From a virus: a stretch of DNA of 64,000 bases. The notes beneath the pieces are model-generated. The model ran no database searches. It saw only the letters and a program-made list of their open reading frames with translations, and was not told the origin of the DNA. Of this stretch, positions 38,333 through 48,888 are shown one piece after another. Within the stretch, counting starts at the first letter, position 1; every line of letters begins with the position of its first letter. The stretch is taken from positions 39,637 through 103,636 of IMG/VR virus record IMGVR_UViG_3300047325_000130. One strand, 5' to 3'. The position numbers and the translations under genes are program-made.

Positions 38333-38352
38333 ATTTTGAGTAGGTATATCAT

Positions 38353-39357
38353 ATGAAGATTAGCATTGTTACTGATACTTCCCCTGCAATAAGTATTAAT
38401 GGTGTTTCTACGACTCTAAAAAATACAGTTTTGTGTTTAACCGAGTTGGGACATAATGTTCAAGTTATTGATCCGACTCAATTTAAAACAACTGGTAGCC
38501 CCGGATATCCGGAAGTACGATTGTCTCTAAATCCTTGGAAAATGTCAAAATTAATCAATGATTTCAAACCCGATGCTATCCATATTTCTACAGAAGGTCC
38601 ATTAGGCTTATTTGCTATTTTATATTGTCGTTATAAGAAAATTGAATACACTACCTCTTATCATACTAAGTTTCCAGAATATCTAAATCAATATTTTAAA
38701 TTACCGGTTGGTATTGGGTACACCTTCTTACGTTGGTTTCACAATAAAAGCTCTGCTGTATTAGTAACAACCGAAACTATGAAGAATGAACTTACTGCTC
38801 GCAAGTTTAAGAATATGGTAGTTTGGAATAGAGGTGTCGATCGTAAAATATTCAAACCACATTATCGCATTAGTACAAATCCTAAACCTATTTTGCTTTG
38901 CGTGAGTAGAATAAGTTCAGAGAAAAACCTAGAAGCATTTCTTAACATTTCAATGGATGCAGAAATGATTATGGTAGGCGATGGTCCTGATAGAGCAATG
39001 CTTGAAAAGAAATATCCGCATGTTAAATTTCTCGGGTATAAGCATGGAGAAGAATTGGCTAAGCTTTATGCACAAGCTGATGTTTTTGTATTTCCTAGCC
39101 TTACTGATACGTTTGGCATTGTGATGATCGAAGCTCTTTCTACAGGAACACCAGTAGCTTCATATCCTGTAACTGGACCAATTGATATTATTGAACAAGA
39201 TGTCAATGGATATATGAGTGACAATTTAGAAGAAGCTGTAGGTCACGCATATTATTTGAGTAGGAAGCAAGTTTACGAAAGTAGTCTTAAATGGACTTGG
39301 GAAGCAGCTACTAAAATATTTTTGGATAATTTAGCTGTAAATGCTAAAACAAATTAA
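38353..39357 (+). CDS. agt: GT4 glycosyltransferase, Agt-like glycolipid synthase
   Basis: NGVSTTL, YPEVRL, IHISTEGPLG, TTSYHTKFPEY, RGVD, EKN, DVFVFPSLTDTFGIVMIEA. Confidence 0.75.
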   Translation: MKISIVTDTSPAISINGVSTTLKNTVLCLTELGHNVQVIDPTQFKTTGSPGYPEVRLSLNPWKMSKLINDFKPDAIHISTEGPLGLFAILYCRYKKIEYTTSYHTKFPEYLNQYFKLPVGIGYTFLRWFHNKSSAVLVTTETMKNELTARKFKNMVVWNRGVDRKIFKPHYRISTNPKPILLCVSRISSEKNLEAFLNISMDAEMIMVGDGPDRAMLEKKYPHVKFLGYKHGEELAKLYAQADVFVFPSLTDTFGIVMIEALSTGTPVASYPVTGPIDIIEQDVNGYMSDNLEEAVGHAYYLSRKQVYESSLKWTWEAATKIFLDNLAVNAKTN

Positions 39358-39378
39358 ATTATAGCCAAAGTTACAATC

Positions 39379-39621
39379 ATGGATGGAATAAAATTATTAA
39401 CACTTGATGTAGGGCAATGGTTTAAATTAATATCAACGTCAGATGCCGAAGCACATGCAGGATATATAGTTATTACAAATAATTTAGAGACGGTAGTTAA
39501 ATTGTATTGGCCTGATAATTCTTCGGGTCTGCGACATATTACCAAAAATAATTCATCGACGATGGATTTTGAACTTATGTCTGAGGAAGAAACAATACAG
39601 TTTAAATTAAGCCAATTTTAA
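39379..39621 (+). CDS. Hypothetical protein
   Basis: ORF ending EEETIQFKLSQF. Confidence 0.5.
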   Translation: MDGIKLLTLDVGQWFKLISTSDAEAHAGYIVITNNLETVVKLYWPDNSSGLRHITKNNSSTMDFELMSEEETIQFKLSQF

Positions 39622-39672
39622 AATTGTAAATTTATATCCTAATACGTCATAATAAAATAAAAAGAAGAGAGT

Positions 39673-40053
39673 ATGATGACACAAAAAACGTTTGTTTACA
39701 CAACCTTTCAAAAATCAGGGTACCATTACTTTCCTGGGGCCGATACGAACCCTGTTACAGCAACAGGAGATCAATACGATGTCTCCCATTTAGGTACAAG
39801 GCATATGCACTATTTTAATTTTAAGGTTTGGGTAGAAGTGACACATTCTAATCGTCAAATCGAATTCATACAGTTACGTCGTTGGATTGAAAATTTATAT
39901 TCAGAAAAACAAATTGAAGTAGATCATAAATCATGCGAAATGCTTGCAGAGGATTTATATACAAAACTATCTGCAAAATATCCTGGGGTTGAAATACGAA
40001 TTGATGTAAGCGAAGAAGGTATAAATGGGGCATATGTTGAGTTTACTGTATGA
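39673..40053 (+). CDS. QueD-like T-fold protein, DpdL-type (candidate CDG decarboxylase)
   Basis: H..LGTRHMHYF in place of the QueD CxxxHGH motif; IEF, SCEMLAE, VSEEG.NG. Confidence 0.6.
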   Translation: MMTQKTFVYTTFQKSGYHYFPGADTNPVTATGDQYDVSHLGTRHMHYFNFKVWVEVTHSNRQIEFIQLRRWIENLYSEKQIEVDHKSCEMLAEDLYTKLSAKYPGVEIRIDVSEEGINGAYVEFTV

Positions 40054-40685
40054 CCTGGTTAGACAGCAGAGAAAAATTTGACAAAAGTTTTTTAATTGAA
40101 AGTCTAGAAAAAACTGGACCAAGAAATGACTTTAGTTTTTTATTAACTCTTATAAATGAAAAGAAGCAATATTTTCCAAATTCTGTAACCAAAGTAAAAG
40201 ATAATTGGATAAAATACCAAAGTAAGGAAATTTTATTATTTTGGTATGAGGATAATAATGAAATTTATATTGCGGCAGAATTTTCTATAGATCCATATAT
40301 TTTAACTGTCAACATAATAGGTAAGAATCTAAAATTTAAAAAATCATATCCATATGCATCAGATTTATATAGTGAAGTTTTAGAAGATTCTAAATCTAAT
40401 AATCCGGCAATTAAATTGTATAGTGATAAAAGTTTAAGTGAAGAAGGATTTAAAATTTGGCAAAGATTATTAGATAAAGGACATAAAATTTCGGTATATG
40501 ATGTTTCAGATAAAAATCATATTGAATTACAAAAAATTACAAATATTGATGATTTAAAAAAATATCATATGCAAGATCCAGAATTTCAAAAATATAGATA
40601 TGTTATTTCAGAAACTTCATATACTTCTGATTTAAATCATTTTTTTGTATTAAGAGAGTATCGTAGATTATCTGGAATTCTTTAA
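40050..40685 (+). CDS. Hypothetical protein
   Basis: 211-aa ORF, ATGA-coupled to the T-fold gene. Confidence 0.6.
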   Translation: MTWLDSREKFDKSFLIESLEKTGPRNDFSFLLTLINEKKQYFPNSVTKVKDNWIKYQSKEILLFWYEDNNEIYIAAEFSIDPYILTVNIIGKNLKFKKSYPYASDLYSEVLEDSKSNNPAIKLYSDKSLSEEGFKIWQRLLDKGHKISVYDVSDKNHIELQKITNIDDLKKYHMQDPEFQKYRYVISETSYTSDLNHFFVLREYRRLSGIL

Positions 40686-40755
40686 TGAAACAGGAAAAAT
40701 ACGCTTTAAAACTTTAGAAATTTTATATACTGAAGATGATAGGATGGAAAAATAA

Positions 40756-40827
40756 ATGACGAAAAAACAAATAATTATTGTACCTATTGAAAAACTTGAA
40801 TCTGTTAAACTTTTGAAATTTTATTAA
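40756..40827 (+). pseudogene. Orphaned 5' stub of the glycosyltransferase gene
   Basis: MTKKQIIIVPIEKLES matches MAKNIFVCPIEKLES of 41228. Confidence 0.7.
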
Positions 40828-41173
40828 TAATATATTTTCCGTAACAAGGTCCTTTACCATTATTAACATAAGCTGTTTTTGAATAATCATATTTGTTTCC
40901 GTGAACATTAGTTGCATGGTTAATAAAAACTGATGTTGTAAATTTTGCTTTATTATTTTCATGCTTTTTTATTTTATGATAACATTCATAACAGCCTTGG
41001 CCGTTCATATGGCTAGCTGGTGTTTGTTCAAACTCTCCATGTGCTACACAGGTTATCTTGACTTTGCTATGTGCATCTTTATACTTAACATTATCATATA
41101 AGTATCTACCATGTGTATGCACATTTTTGAATCGAGATATCGCTTCTTCCTGTGTAAGTTTTCTTCTACTCAT
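40805..41173 (-). pseudogene. Truncated homing-endonuclease-associated repeat protein (DUF723/CapR-like)
   Basis: VHTHGRYLYDNVKY..KVKITCVAHGEFEQTP.SHMNGQGC repeat, a partial second repeat, no nuclease domain. Confidence 0.65.
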
Positions 41174-41227
41174 TATGGTTCCTATTTTTATCGTTCTGCT
41201 TGAAACATTTATACTTAAGGTTAGACA

Positions 41228-42340
41228 ATGGCAAAAAATATTTTCGTATGTCCTATAGAAAAATTAGAAAGCCGTTATTCTTGGAATTGGTATGACCATA
41301 TACCAAAACTATTAGACGCTGCAATCAAAACAAGAAATCTTGACATAGACGTAACCGTTATAGATGGTGACGATGTACCGCCTACACCCACCCCAGGCGC
41401 CTTTCTGGATTTTGGTGCCACCAACATATTCAAGAGTTCTCAACTGCTTATAATAGCTCAACTCTTTAGAGAAAACCGTGTAAAATCAGGGGATAAATTC
41501 TTATATACAGACGCTTGGAACCCTAATGTTATGCAGCTTCGTTATATGAGTAAATTATTAGGAATTGATGTAGAAATACATGGGTTGTGGCATGCCTCCT
41601 CCTCCGATCCTCAAGATTTTCTAGGGCGTTTAATAGGCGATGTGCCTTGGATAAGACATGCCGAAAAAGCAATGTTTGAATGTTTTGATACGAATTGGTA
41701 TGCAACCAAATTTAGTCGAGATTTACTAGATCCGTATTTGCACGATTACAGATACTCTACATCTGAAAAGATGATTACCTCCGCAAAAAAAACTAAGTTA
41801 ACTGGTTGGCCGATGGAATATCTAAAAGATATACTACAGCCATATGTAGCAACACCAAAAAAGAATCAAATTGTATTTCCCCATAGGTTAGCACCAGAAA
41901 AGCAATTGAATATTTTTAAAGATTTGGCTGCCTCTATGCCAGAATATGATTGGGTTGTATGTCAAGAACAAAAACTATCTAAGCCTAAATATCATCAAAT
42001 GTTAGCCGAAAGTAAAATATGTTTTTCTGCTAGCTTGCAAGAAACACTTGGAATCTCCCAATGCTTAGAAGCACCATTAGTAAATACTCTTCCTTTTACA
42101 CCAGATAGATTAAGTTATTCTGAAATATTTAACGATCATAAAGAGTTTTTATATCCAAGTAACTGGACTATTAATTGGGAAAGTTATTTGGTTAATAAAG
42201 AAAAGTTGATGTACAAAATATCTCAGCTCATGCAAGCATCAGATGAAACTATTAAGACTCTAACTCAATTCTATGTATCAGAAACCTTTAATCAATTTGG
42301 GTCATCGCATAATCTGGTAAATGAATTAATAAAAGACTAG
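41228..42340 (+). CDS. GT-B fold glycosyltransferase-like protein in the deazaguanine cluster
   Basis: GAFLDFG, DAWNP, WHASSSDP, FPHRLAPEKQ, SASLQETLGIS..E. Confidence 0.7.
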   Translation: MAKNIFVCPIEKLESRYSWNWYDHIPKLLDAAIKTRNLDIDVTVIDGDDVPPTPTPGAFLDFGATNIFKSSQLLIIAQLFRENRVKSGDKFLYTDAWNPNVMQLRYMSKLLGIDVEIHGLWHASSSDPQDFLGRLIGDVPWIRHAEKAMFECFDTNWYATKFSRDLLDPYLHDYRYSTSEKMITSAKKTKLTGWPMEYLKDILQPYVATPKKNQIVFPHRLAPEKQLNIFKDLAASMPEYDWVVCQEQKLSKPKYHQMLAESKICFSASLQETLGISQCLEAPLVNTLPFTPDRLSYSEIFNDHKEFLYPSNWTINWESYLVNKEKLMYKISQLMQASDETIKTLTQFYVSETFNQFGSSHNLVNELIKD

Positions 42341-42348
42341 TCCGCCTT

Positions 42349-43386
42349 TTGTATAAAATTTGTGTATATACAATTTCATTGAATGAAGAACAAAATGTAG
42401 ATGACTGGTATAAATCTTGTCAAGACGCTGATTATATCTTGGTAGGGGATACCGGTTCAGTTGATAATACTGTTAAGAAATTTAAAGATCTAAATATACC
42501 TGTATATCCAATATCAATTAAACCTTTTAGATTTGATATTGCTCGTAATACGGTTCTTGCAATGGTACCAAACGATATTGATATATGTGTTTGTTTAGAT
42601 CTGGATGAAAGATTAGAAGATGGTTGGAGAAAAAAGATTGAGGATGTGTGGACCCCAACGACAACCAAATTGCAATATACCAGCTATTATAACTTTGCTC
42701 AAAATCCAAATTTGGTTACCAAATTAGATCGTATTCATAAAAGATATAATTATGTTTGGAAAAGAGCTGTACACGAATGTATTATGCCTATTGGTATAGA
42801 TGAAGTTATTACACAATCAGACCTTAACATTTATCAATTTCAAGATACTTCAAAATTTAGAAATTATCTGCCAATGATGAAAATGACATGCGAAGAATAT
42901 CCGGATGATCAAAATTTTTTACATTGGTATGGTAGAGAGTTACGAAGTAGAAATGATAAATCTTGTGTAGAAATATTTAAAAAATATTTGTCTCATCCAA
43001 ATGCAACTTGGAAAGAAGAGAGAGCTGATGCAATGAGATCAATAGGATTATTTGAGAATCAAGAATATTGGCTAAAATTAGCTGTTGAAGAATCAAAATT
43101 ATATCGTAAACCATATGTAGAATTAGCATTGATTTATTATTCTAGATTAGACTGGAGTAAATGTCTTACTCAATGTCTGCACGCGATAAATTTACCAAAA
43201 ACTAATACATATTTAGATGATCAAAATGATTTTGGCCCAATACTTGATGATTTGGCATCAATATCTTATTGGAATTTAAATATGAAAGAAAAATCACTCG
43301 AACATGCTCAAAAAGCATTTGATTTATCTCCAAACGACGAAAGACTCAAAAATAATCTAATTGCAATTAAAAACTCAATAAACTGA
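42349..43386 (+). CDS. GT2 glycosyltransferase with C-terminal TPRs
   Basis: NEE, DTGSVDNT, FRFDIARN, LDLDE (DxD), VHE; TPR-like helices. Confidence 0.85.
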   Translation: MYKICVYTISLNEEQNVDDWYKSCQDADYILVGDTGSVDNTVKKFKDLNIPVYPISIKPFRFDIARNTVLAMVPNDIDICVCLDLDERLEDGWRKKIEDVWTPTTTKLQYTSYYNFAQNPNLVTKLDRIHKRYNYVWKRAVHECIMPIGIDEVITQSDLNIYQFQDTSKFRNYLPMMKMTCEEYPDDQNFLHWYGRELRSRNDKSCVEIFKKYLSHPNATWKEERADAMRSIGLFENQEYWLKLAVEESKLYRKPYVELALIYYSRLDWSKCLTQCLHAINLPKTNTYLDDQNDFGPILDDLASISYWNLNMKEKSLEHAQKAFDLSPNDERLKNNLIAIKNSIN

Positions 43387-43416
43387 TTGTTTTTTACAAT
43401 ATAATATCATAGATAG

Positions 43417-43650
43417 ATGAGCATGAAAATCGGCGATGTAATTAAATGGACGAATAATGAATATTTTTATATTACACATTTAGGCAACTCTGACATAGGT
43501 ACCAAAATAACTGGTTTATGGTTGATCAAACCAAATAATTTATCTGTTGAGGTAATACATTTAACCCATACAGATATATTTCGTTCTCATGCAATCGAAA
43601 ATATCGATAATACAACTCAATTCATTTTGAAATACGTAGATAGCAATTAA
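43417..43650 (+). CDS. Hypothetical protein
   Basis: MKIGDVI start; 77 aa. Confidence 0.5.
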   Translation: MSMKIGDVIKWTNNEYFYITHLGNSDIGTKITGLWLIKPNNLSVEVIHLTHTDIFRSHAIENIDNTTQFILKYVDSN

Positions 43651-43735
43651 TCATTGTTTATCCATATATTTTAGCAATATTGTTGCAATTTCTTTATTCT
43701 TATAATAAAGTTACTTTAACACTTTAGGAAAAACA

Positions 43736-44002
43736 ATGACCGACAACATTTTAATTTGTCAATGCGGTAGTGTAGAACATCAAATTATTTGGATTTATGA
43801 TCCAAGCGACGAAGAAACCCTTGCCTGCCTACGGATTCATTTGTCTGAACAAAATTTCTGTCAAAGATTAATTAAAGGTATCAAATATATTTTTGGTTAT
43901 AAATGTAAACACGGGCATTGGGACGAAGTTCATTTAGATAAATCTAAGGTAAAGGAGCTAAAGACTCTTTGCGAAAATGCATTGAACTCTGATACCAACT
44001 AA
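43736..44002 (+). CDS. Hypothetical protein
   Basis: AGGA SD; CQCGSVEH..IKYIFGYKC..GHWDE. Confidence 0.6.
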   Translation: MTDNILICQCGSVEHQIIWIYDPSDEETLACLRIHLSEQNFCQRLIKGIKYIFGYKCKHGHWDEVHLDKSKVKELKTLCENALNSDTN

Positions 44003-44252
44003 ATTATAAAAGATAATTAGATAAAACTACATTGTTTTCAAAGACAGGTGTTGAGATGAGCTCACTCAATACCATACTTTTAACCAAAAGATAATTAGAC
44101 TTTCTTTTATAATAAGATCATAATTGTTTATGACCTGTAATTTACATCCAGAAGAAACAAAGAAAATATTACAGTCTTTAGCTGGAAAATCAAAAGTGAA
44201 GAACACAGAAAAAGATATGTCAGAAAAAGAAAGAATATTGGAAAAATAAAAA

Positions 44253-45884
44253 ATGCATGATTTATCAAGAACTGATATAAATCCAAACGCAAAAAACTTC
44301 TCAACAAATATGAATGACATGGCAGTATATTTGCCTTCTATTTCTGCGATCTATGCGAAAATAGTTAGCATGCCTGAATATAAAATACGTGATTCTATGC
44401 CAAAAGGGTTGCCATTAGGTTTAGAAGATCTAAATTTTTTAAACCCTAAAAATAATCTATATTATTATCCGGCTGCCTTATACAGTGCCGGACATGCAAT
44501 TTTAGACGTAGATTGCAGTAATGAACAAGAATCTATGATTCAGAAAAGAGATAGAAAAAATACAATTATGATAGGGGATTCGGGAGGATTCCAAGTTGCA
44601 ACCGGCGTATTAAAATGGCCGTGGGAACAAAAAAATAAAACAAATGACGAATGGAATTCAGATAAAAATGACATAAGATTGACTATATTAAGATGGCTTG
44701 AAGCTACTTCGGATTATGCAATGCCGTTAGATTTCCCAACTTATGGGTTAGTAAAGTTTGGTTTAGATCCCGTAACAGGCGAAAGCTTGCACCCAGGTAT
44801 GAAAACGTTTAACGATTGCTTAACACAAAGCTTAGAAAATCATCATTTTTTTATTAAGCATAGAAAAGAAGGTGCTACTAAATTTATGAACGTTCTGCAA
44901 GGGCGTAACCAAGAGGAAGGTGATATTTGGTGGGAAGCTGTAAAGGATCTTCCATTTGAAACTTGGAGCTTCTCAAACGTTCAAGCAAGTAATTTTAATA
45001 TCAATTTACGTCGTTTAATTATAATGCGAGACAATGGCTATTTAGAAAATAGGGAATGGTTGCATTATCTAGGTAATGGTAAGATTAAAGCAGGTTGTGC
45101 ATTAACAACATTGCAACGTTCGCTAAGACAATATGTTGATCCAAATTTGACACTGAGTTATGACGCGGCATCTCCTTTTGTCATGTCATCCCGGGGCCAA
45201 GGTTACGAAGGTTATGAACTATCGAATAGAAATATGGGATTTAAAGGCGGTTCATTTGTCGATGATAAATCATTGAAAGGTAATAAAGAATTATTTAATG
45301 ACTGGATTGCAAGAACATCAAAAAATACAAAATTTCTAAAAAGAACCAATGTAGGTGATAGGATAACAGTTGGTGATATTTGTGTTCGTGGGTATGAGGA
45401 TCTCAAATACAAAAAAGTTGCATGGACTAAGAAAGAACTTGAAACCGATCTATATAAAAACAGTCCTGAAGGGAGAGTCGGCGATCAATTCAGATGGTCG
45501 AAAGAATATCATGATTATCTAACACATCATAGCGATCACGGCGGTCTATTTGATTTCAGTGAATCCAGATTTGAAAAAGAAACAGAAAAGTATCAGGTTA
45601 AGTGGCCATCGTCTATGGACGGGTTTAGTTATTTGTTGTCGATGTGTCATAATTGTGAATTACATATACAAGCAATTCAAGAGGCGAATAATTGGCAAGA
45701 TCAGGAATTATCAATTGCAAATCAATATGTAACCCCCGACCTACTTGAATTTAAAGATCTGTGTCCTGAAATATTCAAGTCAGAGAAGCCAATGGATCTA
45801 ATCGCAAAACATACTAGATTGCTTCAAAATATTACCGGGATGGATGCTTCAAATACTACCCCTATTGACATCGAAAATTTCTAA
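44253..45884 (+). CDS. dpdA: TGT-family DpdA-like 7-deazaguanine insertion enzyme
   Basis: [32 protein letters not shown]...H; folE and queE nearby. Confidence 0.75.
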   Translation: MHDLSRTDINPNAKNFSTNMNDMAVYLPSISAIYAKIVSMPEYKIRDSMPKGLPLGLEDLNFLNPKNNLYYYPAALYSAGHAILDVDCSNEQESMIQKRDRKNTIMIGDSGGFQVATGVLKWPWEQKNKTNDEWNSDKNDIRLTILRWLEATSDYAMPLDFPTYGLVKFGLDPVTGESLHPGMKTFNDCLTQSLENHHFFIKHRKEGATKFMNVLQGRNQEEGDIWWEAVKDLPFETWSFSNVQASNFNINLRRLIIMRDNGYLENREWLHYLGNGKIKAGCALTTLQRSLRQYVDPNLTLSYDAASPFVMSSRGQGYEGYELSNRNMGFKGGSFVDDKSLKGNKELFNDWIARTSKNTKFLKRTNVGDRITVGDICVRGYEDLKYKKVAWTKKELETDLYKNSPEGRVGDQFRWSKEYHDYLTHHSDHGGLFDFSESRFEKETEKYQVKWPSSMDGFSYLLSMCHNCELHIQAIQEANNWQDQELSIANQYVTPDLLEFKDLCPEIFKSEKPMDLIAKHTRLLQNITGMDASNTTPIDIENF

Positions 45885-47025
45885 CCTTGCAATTATCAAA
45901 ATGAAACATTGACATACCACCGCTAGCAGGACCGGATTTTTTACAGTGAGGACAAGTTCTTAAAGGTTGAACATAGTCAGGATTCATCTTACATTTGTCA
46001 AAATGATTCATCAGCATGCCTGCACTATAAACACCTTCTAACTCACAATGTGGACAAATAACCATATTTTTAGGTTTCTTAGGTGTTGGTTCAGGCTCTA
46101 CATAGTCAGGATTTTGTTTGCAATTATCAAAGTGATAACGAGTCATGCCTGAACCTCGACCAGTTAAGTCACAATGCGGGCATTGGCTTTCTTTTATAAC
46201 CTTCGGTTCTAGTTTGATATGATCTGTCTTTTGTTTACAATAGTCGAAATGATATCTAGTCATATTGGCTGACCCTCCGGTTAAATTACAATGCGGACAA
46301 GTTAATTTTACAGCTTTACTCTTGCTTTTGTCCGGAGGAACATAACCAGGATTCTTTTTACAATTATCGAAATGACATTTATTATAAGAACCTCTAGCAA
46401 TTAATTTTTTATCACAATGGGGACATATCACTTTTAGTTTATTTTCATCATAATTAGGTGCCGATTTGCAGTTATCAAAATGCCATCTTTTCATTAATAT
46501 AGAGCCACCTGTTTCTTTACAATGTGGGCAAGTTTCCTGAATTTTATTTGGATGTTCATCACTTAGAAAAAAGTGGGTTCCGTCTTCTACTTCTTTTCTA
46601 ACTCTGGCCACACATTCTTCTCTGAAAACAGTATCGAAAAAATTATGATTGCCGGCTTTAATTCTTTTCAAGTTATTTTTCGATTTGAGTTTTTGAGTTT
46701 TTTTCGATGTTATTACACCTGATGCACCATCGCCACCGTCACTCATATTTCTTAAAATACCAGTACCATTATCAATTCTTCCGAACCAATTAATTAATCT
46801 TCTTTCTAAAGCTAACGAACCAGTTTCGGTTAAATTTCGTTCTAAAATTATAATGAATTTTTTATCAGGTAGTTTAACTCTATGTTTTCCCCATGCTCTT
46901 TTACCTTTACCTTTTCCAATATAATAAGGTGTACCAGCTTTTGCTGTTTTTGAATCTTTACTTCTTATATAAGCATAAACATAATATGAAAGTGATAGTT
47001 TATAGTCATAAATAATTTTAGACAT
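45862..47025 (-). CDS. GIY-YIG homing endonuclease with six CPHC...HFD(N)CK zinc repeats
   Basis: [26 protein letters not shown]; repeated CPHC..M..YHFDNCK. Confidence 0.85.
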   Translation of the reverse strand: MSKIIYDYKLSLSYYVYAYIRSKDSKTAKAGTPYYIGKGKGKRAWGKHRVKLPDKKFIIILERNLTETGSLALERRLINWFGRIDNGTGILRNMSDGGDGASGVITSKKTQKLKSKNNLKRIKAGNHNFFDTVFREECVARVRKEVEDGTHFFLSDEHPNKIQETCPHCKETGGSILMKRWHFDNCKSAPNYDENKLKVICPHCDKKLIARGSYNKCHFDNCKKNPGYVPPDKSKSKAVKLTCPHCNLTGGSANMTRYHFDYCKQKTDHIKLEPKVIKESQCPHCDLTGRGSGMTRYHFDNCKQNPDYVEPEPTPKKPKNMVICPHCELEGVYSAGMLMNHFDKCKMNPDYVQPLRTCPHCKKSGPASGGMSMFHFDNCKVRNFRCQ

Positions 47026-47092
47026 GCTGTAATTCCTGTAAGGTTATAGAATGGTTGGAGACTGTGAATCTCGCGAACCATACTTATTTATC
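47026..47092 (-). promoter_or_regulatory. Late promoter plus structured leader of the endonuclease gene
   Basis: ATAAATA-AGT-ATGGTT-CGC-GAGA..TCTC-C-AACCAT-TCTATAAC..AGGA..ATG; second copy at 55658-55712. Confidence 0.6.
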
Positions 47093-47261
47093 AGGTATCG
47101 TCATTGAAAAAAGAATCAAAAGAAAGAAAAATGTTCAACGATATGAGTGAACAATTGCAAAAATTAGGTTATAATCAACCTAATAAGGTTCAATGTCCAT
47201 GGTGTCTTAAATTTAAAAATTCCAGAAATATTCAAGTCAGAAAGATCAAACTAAATAATTC

Positions 47262-48347
47262 ATGACAAAATCAATTGATCCAACTACATATCCATTTAAA
47301 GGAAAAATAAAAAAATATTATATTGCATTAAGGACTTACCTAAAATCTTTAGGTATATCTTTAGACAAAATGGTGGTAAGAAAATATGGGTTTGATCTTT
47401 ATACAAGCGTTAAGAATGTAAAAACCGGTGAGCCTTTGATTTTGTGGAAGTATGAGATAATTGACCAATATACAACTATGTTTAATGATGTACGTTATGG
47501 AAATACTGCATATAAAATATCAATAGAAGATTTTCTATCTAAGCCAGAATATAAACAAGAGTTTGAAAATATTTTAAAAGCTAATCAAACTATCAAGATT
47601 ACCGACAATAACATATTTAAATATTTTATTGGCGATATAAATACCGTTATTACTAAATCAAAAGGCCGTCTAAATGTAAAAACGGCATTATTTGGTAAAA
47701 ATACAATCTCTGGTAAAATACCAAATTTAAATTTGGGTATTGTTGGCGGAAATTTTTCTGTAGGAAGCTTAAAATTAACAACTCTGGAAAATTGTCCGTA
47801 TGAGGTTCGAAATGGATTTAACTGTTCGTTCAATTTATTAACATCATTAGAGTATTGTCCGTTGGTTAAAGGTGACTTTACTTGCGAACATAATAAATTA
47901 ACATCATTAGAGTATTGTCCGCCAGTTATCACTGGCGATTTTAATTGTTCTAATAATTTGATATCATCATTTGATCATTTCCCTAAATTTGCCAATGAGT
48001 ACTATGTCGATTGTTCTAATAACAACATTGTAACTTTTGACGGATGTCCAAAAGTATATTATCTAAACGTTCGTAAAAATCCACTTAAGAGCTTTTCTTC
48101 TTTACCTGCAACTGTACAAAACATCGAGTTTACATATAATAATGATTTAAAATTATTAGCTCTTATTCCATTAATGATGAAAGGGTTAATTATTGATCCA
48201 TATGATTGGCCAGCGGCGATAGATAAATTCTTTGATATAGACACTCTTGATGAAATGTACAAAGAACACAAAAATATGAAATCATTTATTTTGTATATTC
48301 AAAAAGAATTAATAGATAACGGTTTTGTAGGCAATGCAGGCTGGTAA
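47262..48347 (+). CDS. LRR-like repeat protein with an extra N-terminal domain (dispersed member of the array family)
   Basis: FNCSFNLLTSLEYCP repeats and C-terminus QKELIDNGFVGNAGW; TAAATA upstream. Confidence 0.8.
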   Translation: MTKSIDPTTYPFKGKIKKYYIALRTYLKSLGISLDKMVVRKYGFDLYTSVKNVKTGEPLILWKYEIIDQYTTMFNDVRYGNTAYKISIEDFLSKPEYKQEFENILKANQTIKITDNNIFKYFIGDINTVITKSKGRLNVKTALFGKNTISGKIPNLNLGIVGGNFSVGSLKLTTLENCPYEVRNGFNCSFNLLTSLEYCPLVKGDFTCEHNKLTSLEYCPPVITGDFNCSNNLISSFDHFPKFANEYYVDCSNNNIVTFDGCPKVYYLNVRKNPLKSFSSLPATVQNIEFTYNNDLKLLALIPLMMKGLIIDPYDWPAAIDKFFDIDTLDEMYKEHKNMKSFILYIQKELIDNGFVGNAGW

Positions 48348-48350
48348 ATA

Positions 48351-48794
48351 TTATTTGGAAACGTTAAAAATATAACCAGTACTTGTTTGAACAAATTCAA
48401 CATTGAGTCTTTTAAGTTCTTTAACAAATGCAGCTTTATCTTTTCTATATGGCCATTGTGGTTCTTGAACTTTAACTGACCCCATTGGACTACGACCATT
48501 GCCGCCTGCTCTATAGGTAACATAAATTTTCTTATGAACATTAAAAAAATCTTCAACTATTTCTTTTACCATCTCAATTTTATCAAGATACGCATCATCA
48601 AAGAATTCTGGATTAGATCTTACAGCCTGAGCACTACGTTCTTTTGCATCAGACCAAGCAGCAAACCCATTATATGACTTTCTAGTATTCTTTACTTTGT
48701 CTACATCCAGATCTTCTAATAAAATATTTTCTTTGACTGAAATATTTTCTAGTAGATTAATAAGTTTTCTAATTTCATCAACATTGCTCATCAA
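48351..48794 (-). CDS. Hypothetical protein, candidate internal head protein
   Basis: N-terminus DEIRKLINLLE...ILLE. Confidence 0.6.
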   Translation of the reverse strand: MMSNVDEIRKLINLLENISVKENILLEDLDVDKVKNTRKSYNGFAAWSDAKERSAQAVRSNPEFFDDAYLDKIEMVKEIVEDFFNVHKKIYVTYRAGGNGRSPMGSVKVQEPQWPYRKDKAAFVKELKRLNVEFVQTSTGYIFNVSK

Positions 48795-48888
48795 TTATTT
48801 ATCCATAATTTGTTTCTTGGTCGGTGGTATATTATATTTACCAATTTTAAATTAGACATTGGTTACACATATCTATCATACTTAAAAA

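Noticed and set aside
39673-40053. Canonical QueD
   Set aside because: The catalytic Cys of CxxxHGH is absent; called DpdL-like instead.
44253-45884. Ordinary bacterial tRNA-guanine transglycosylase
   Set aside because: Much longer, lacks the CxCxxC zinc motif, and sits in a phage DNA-metabolism context; DpdA-like is more plausible though unproven.
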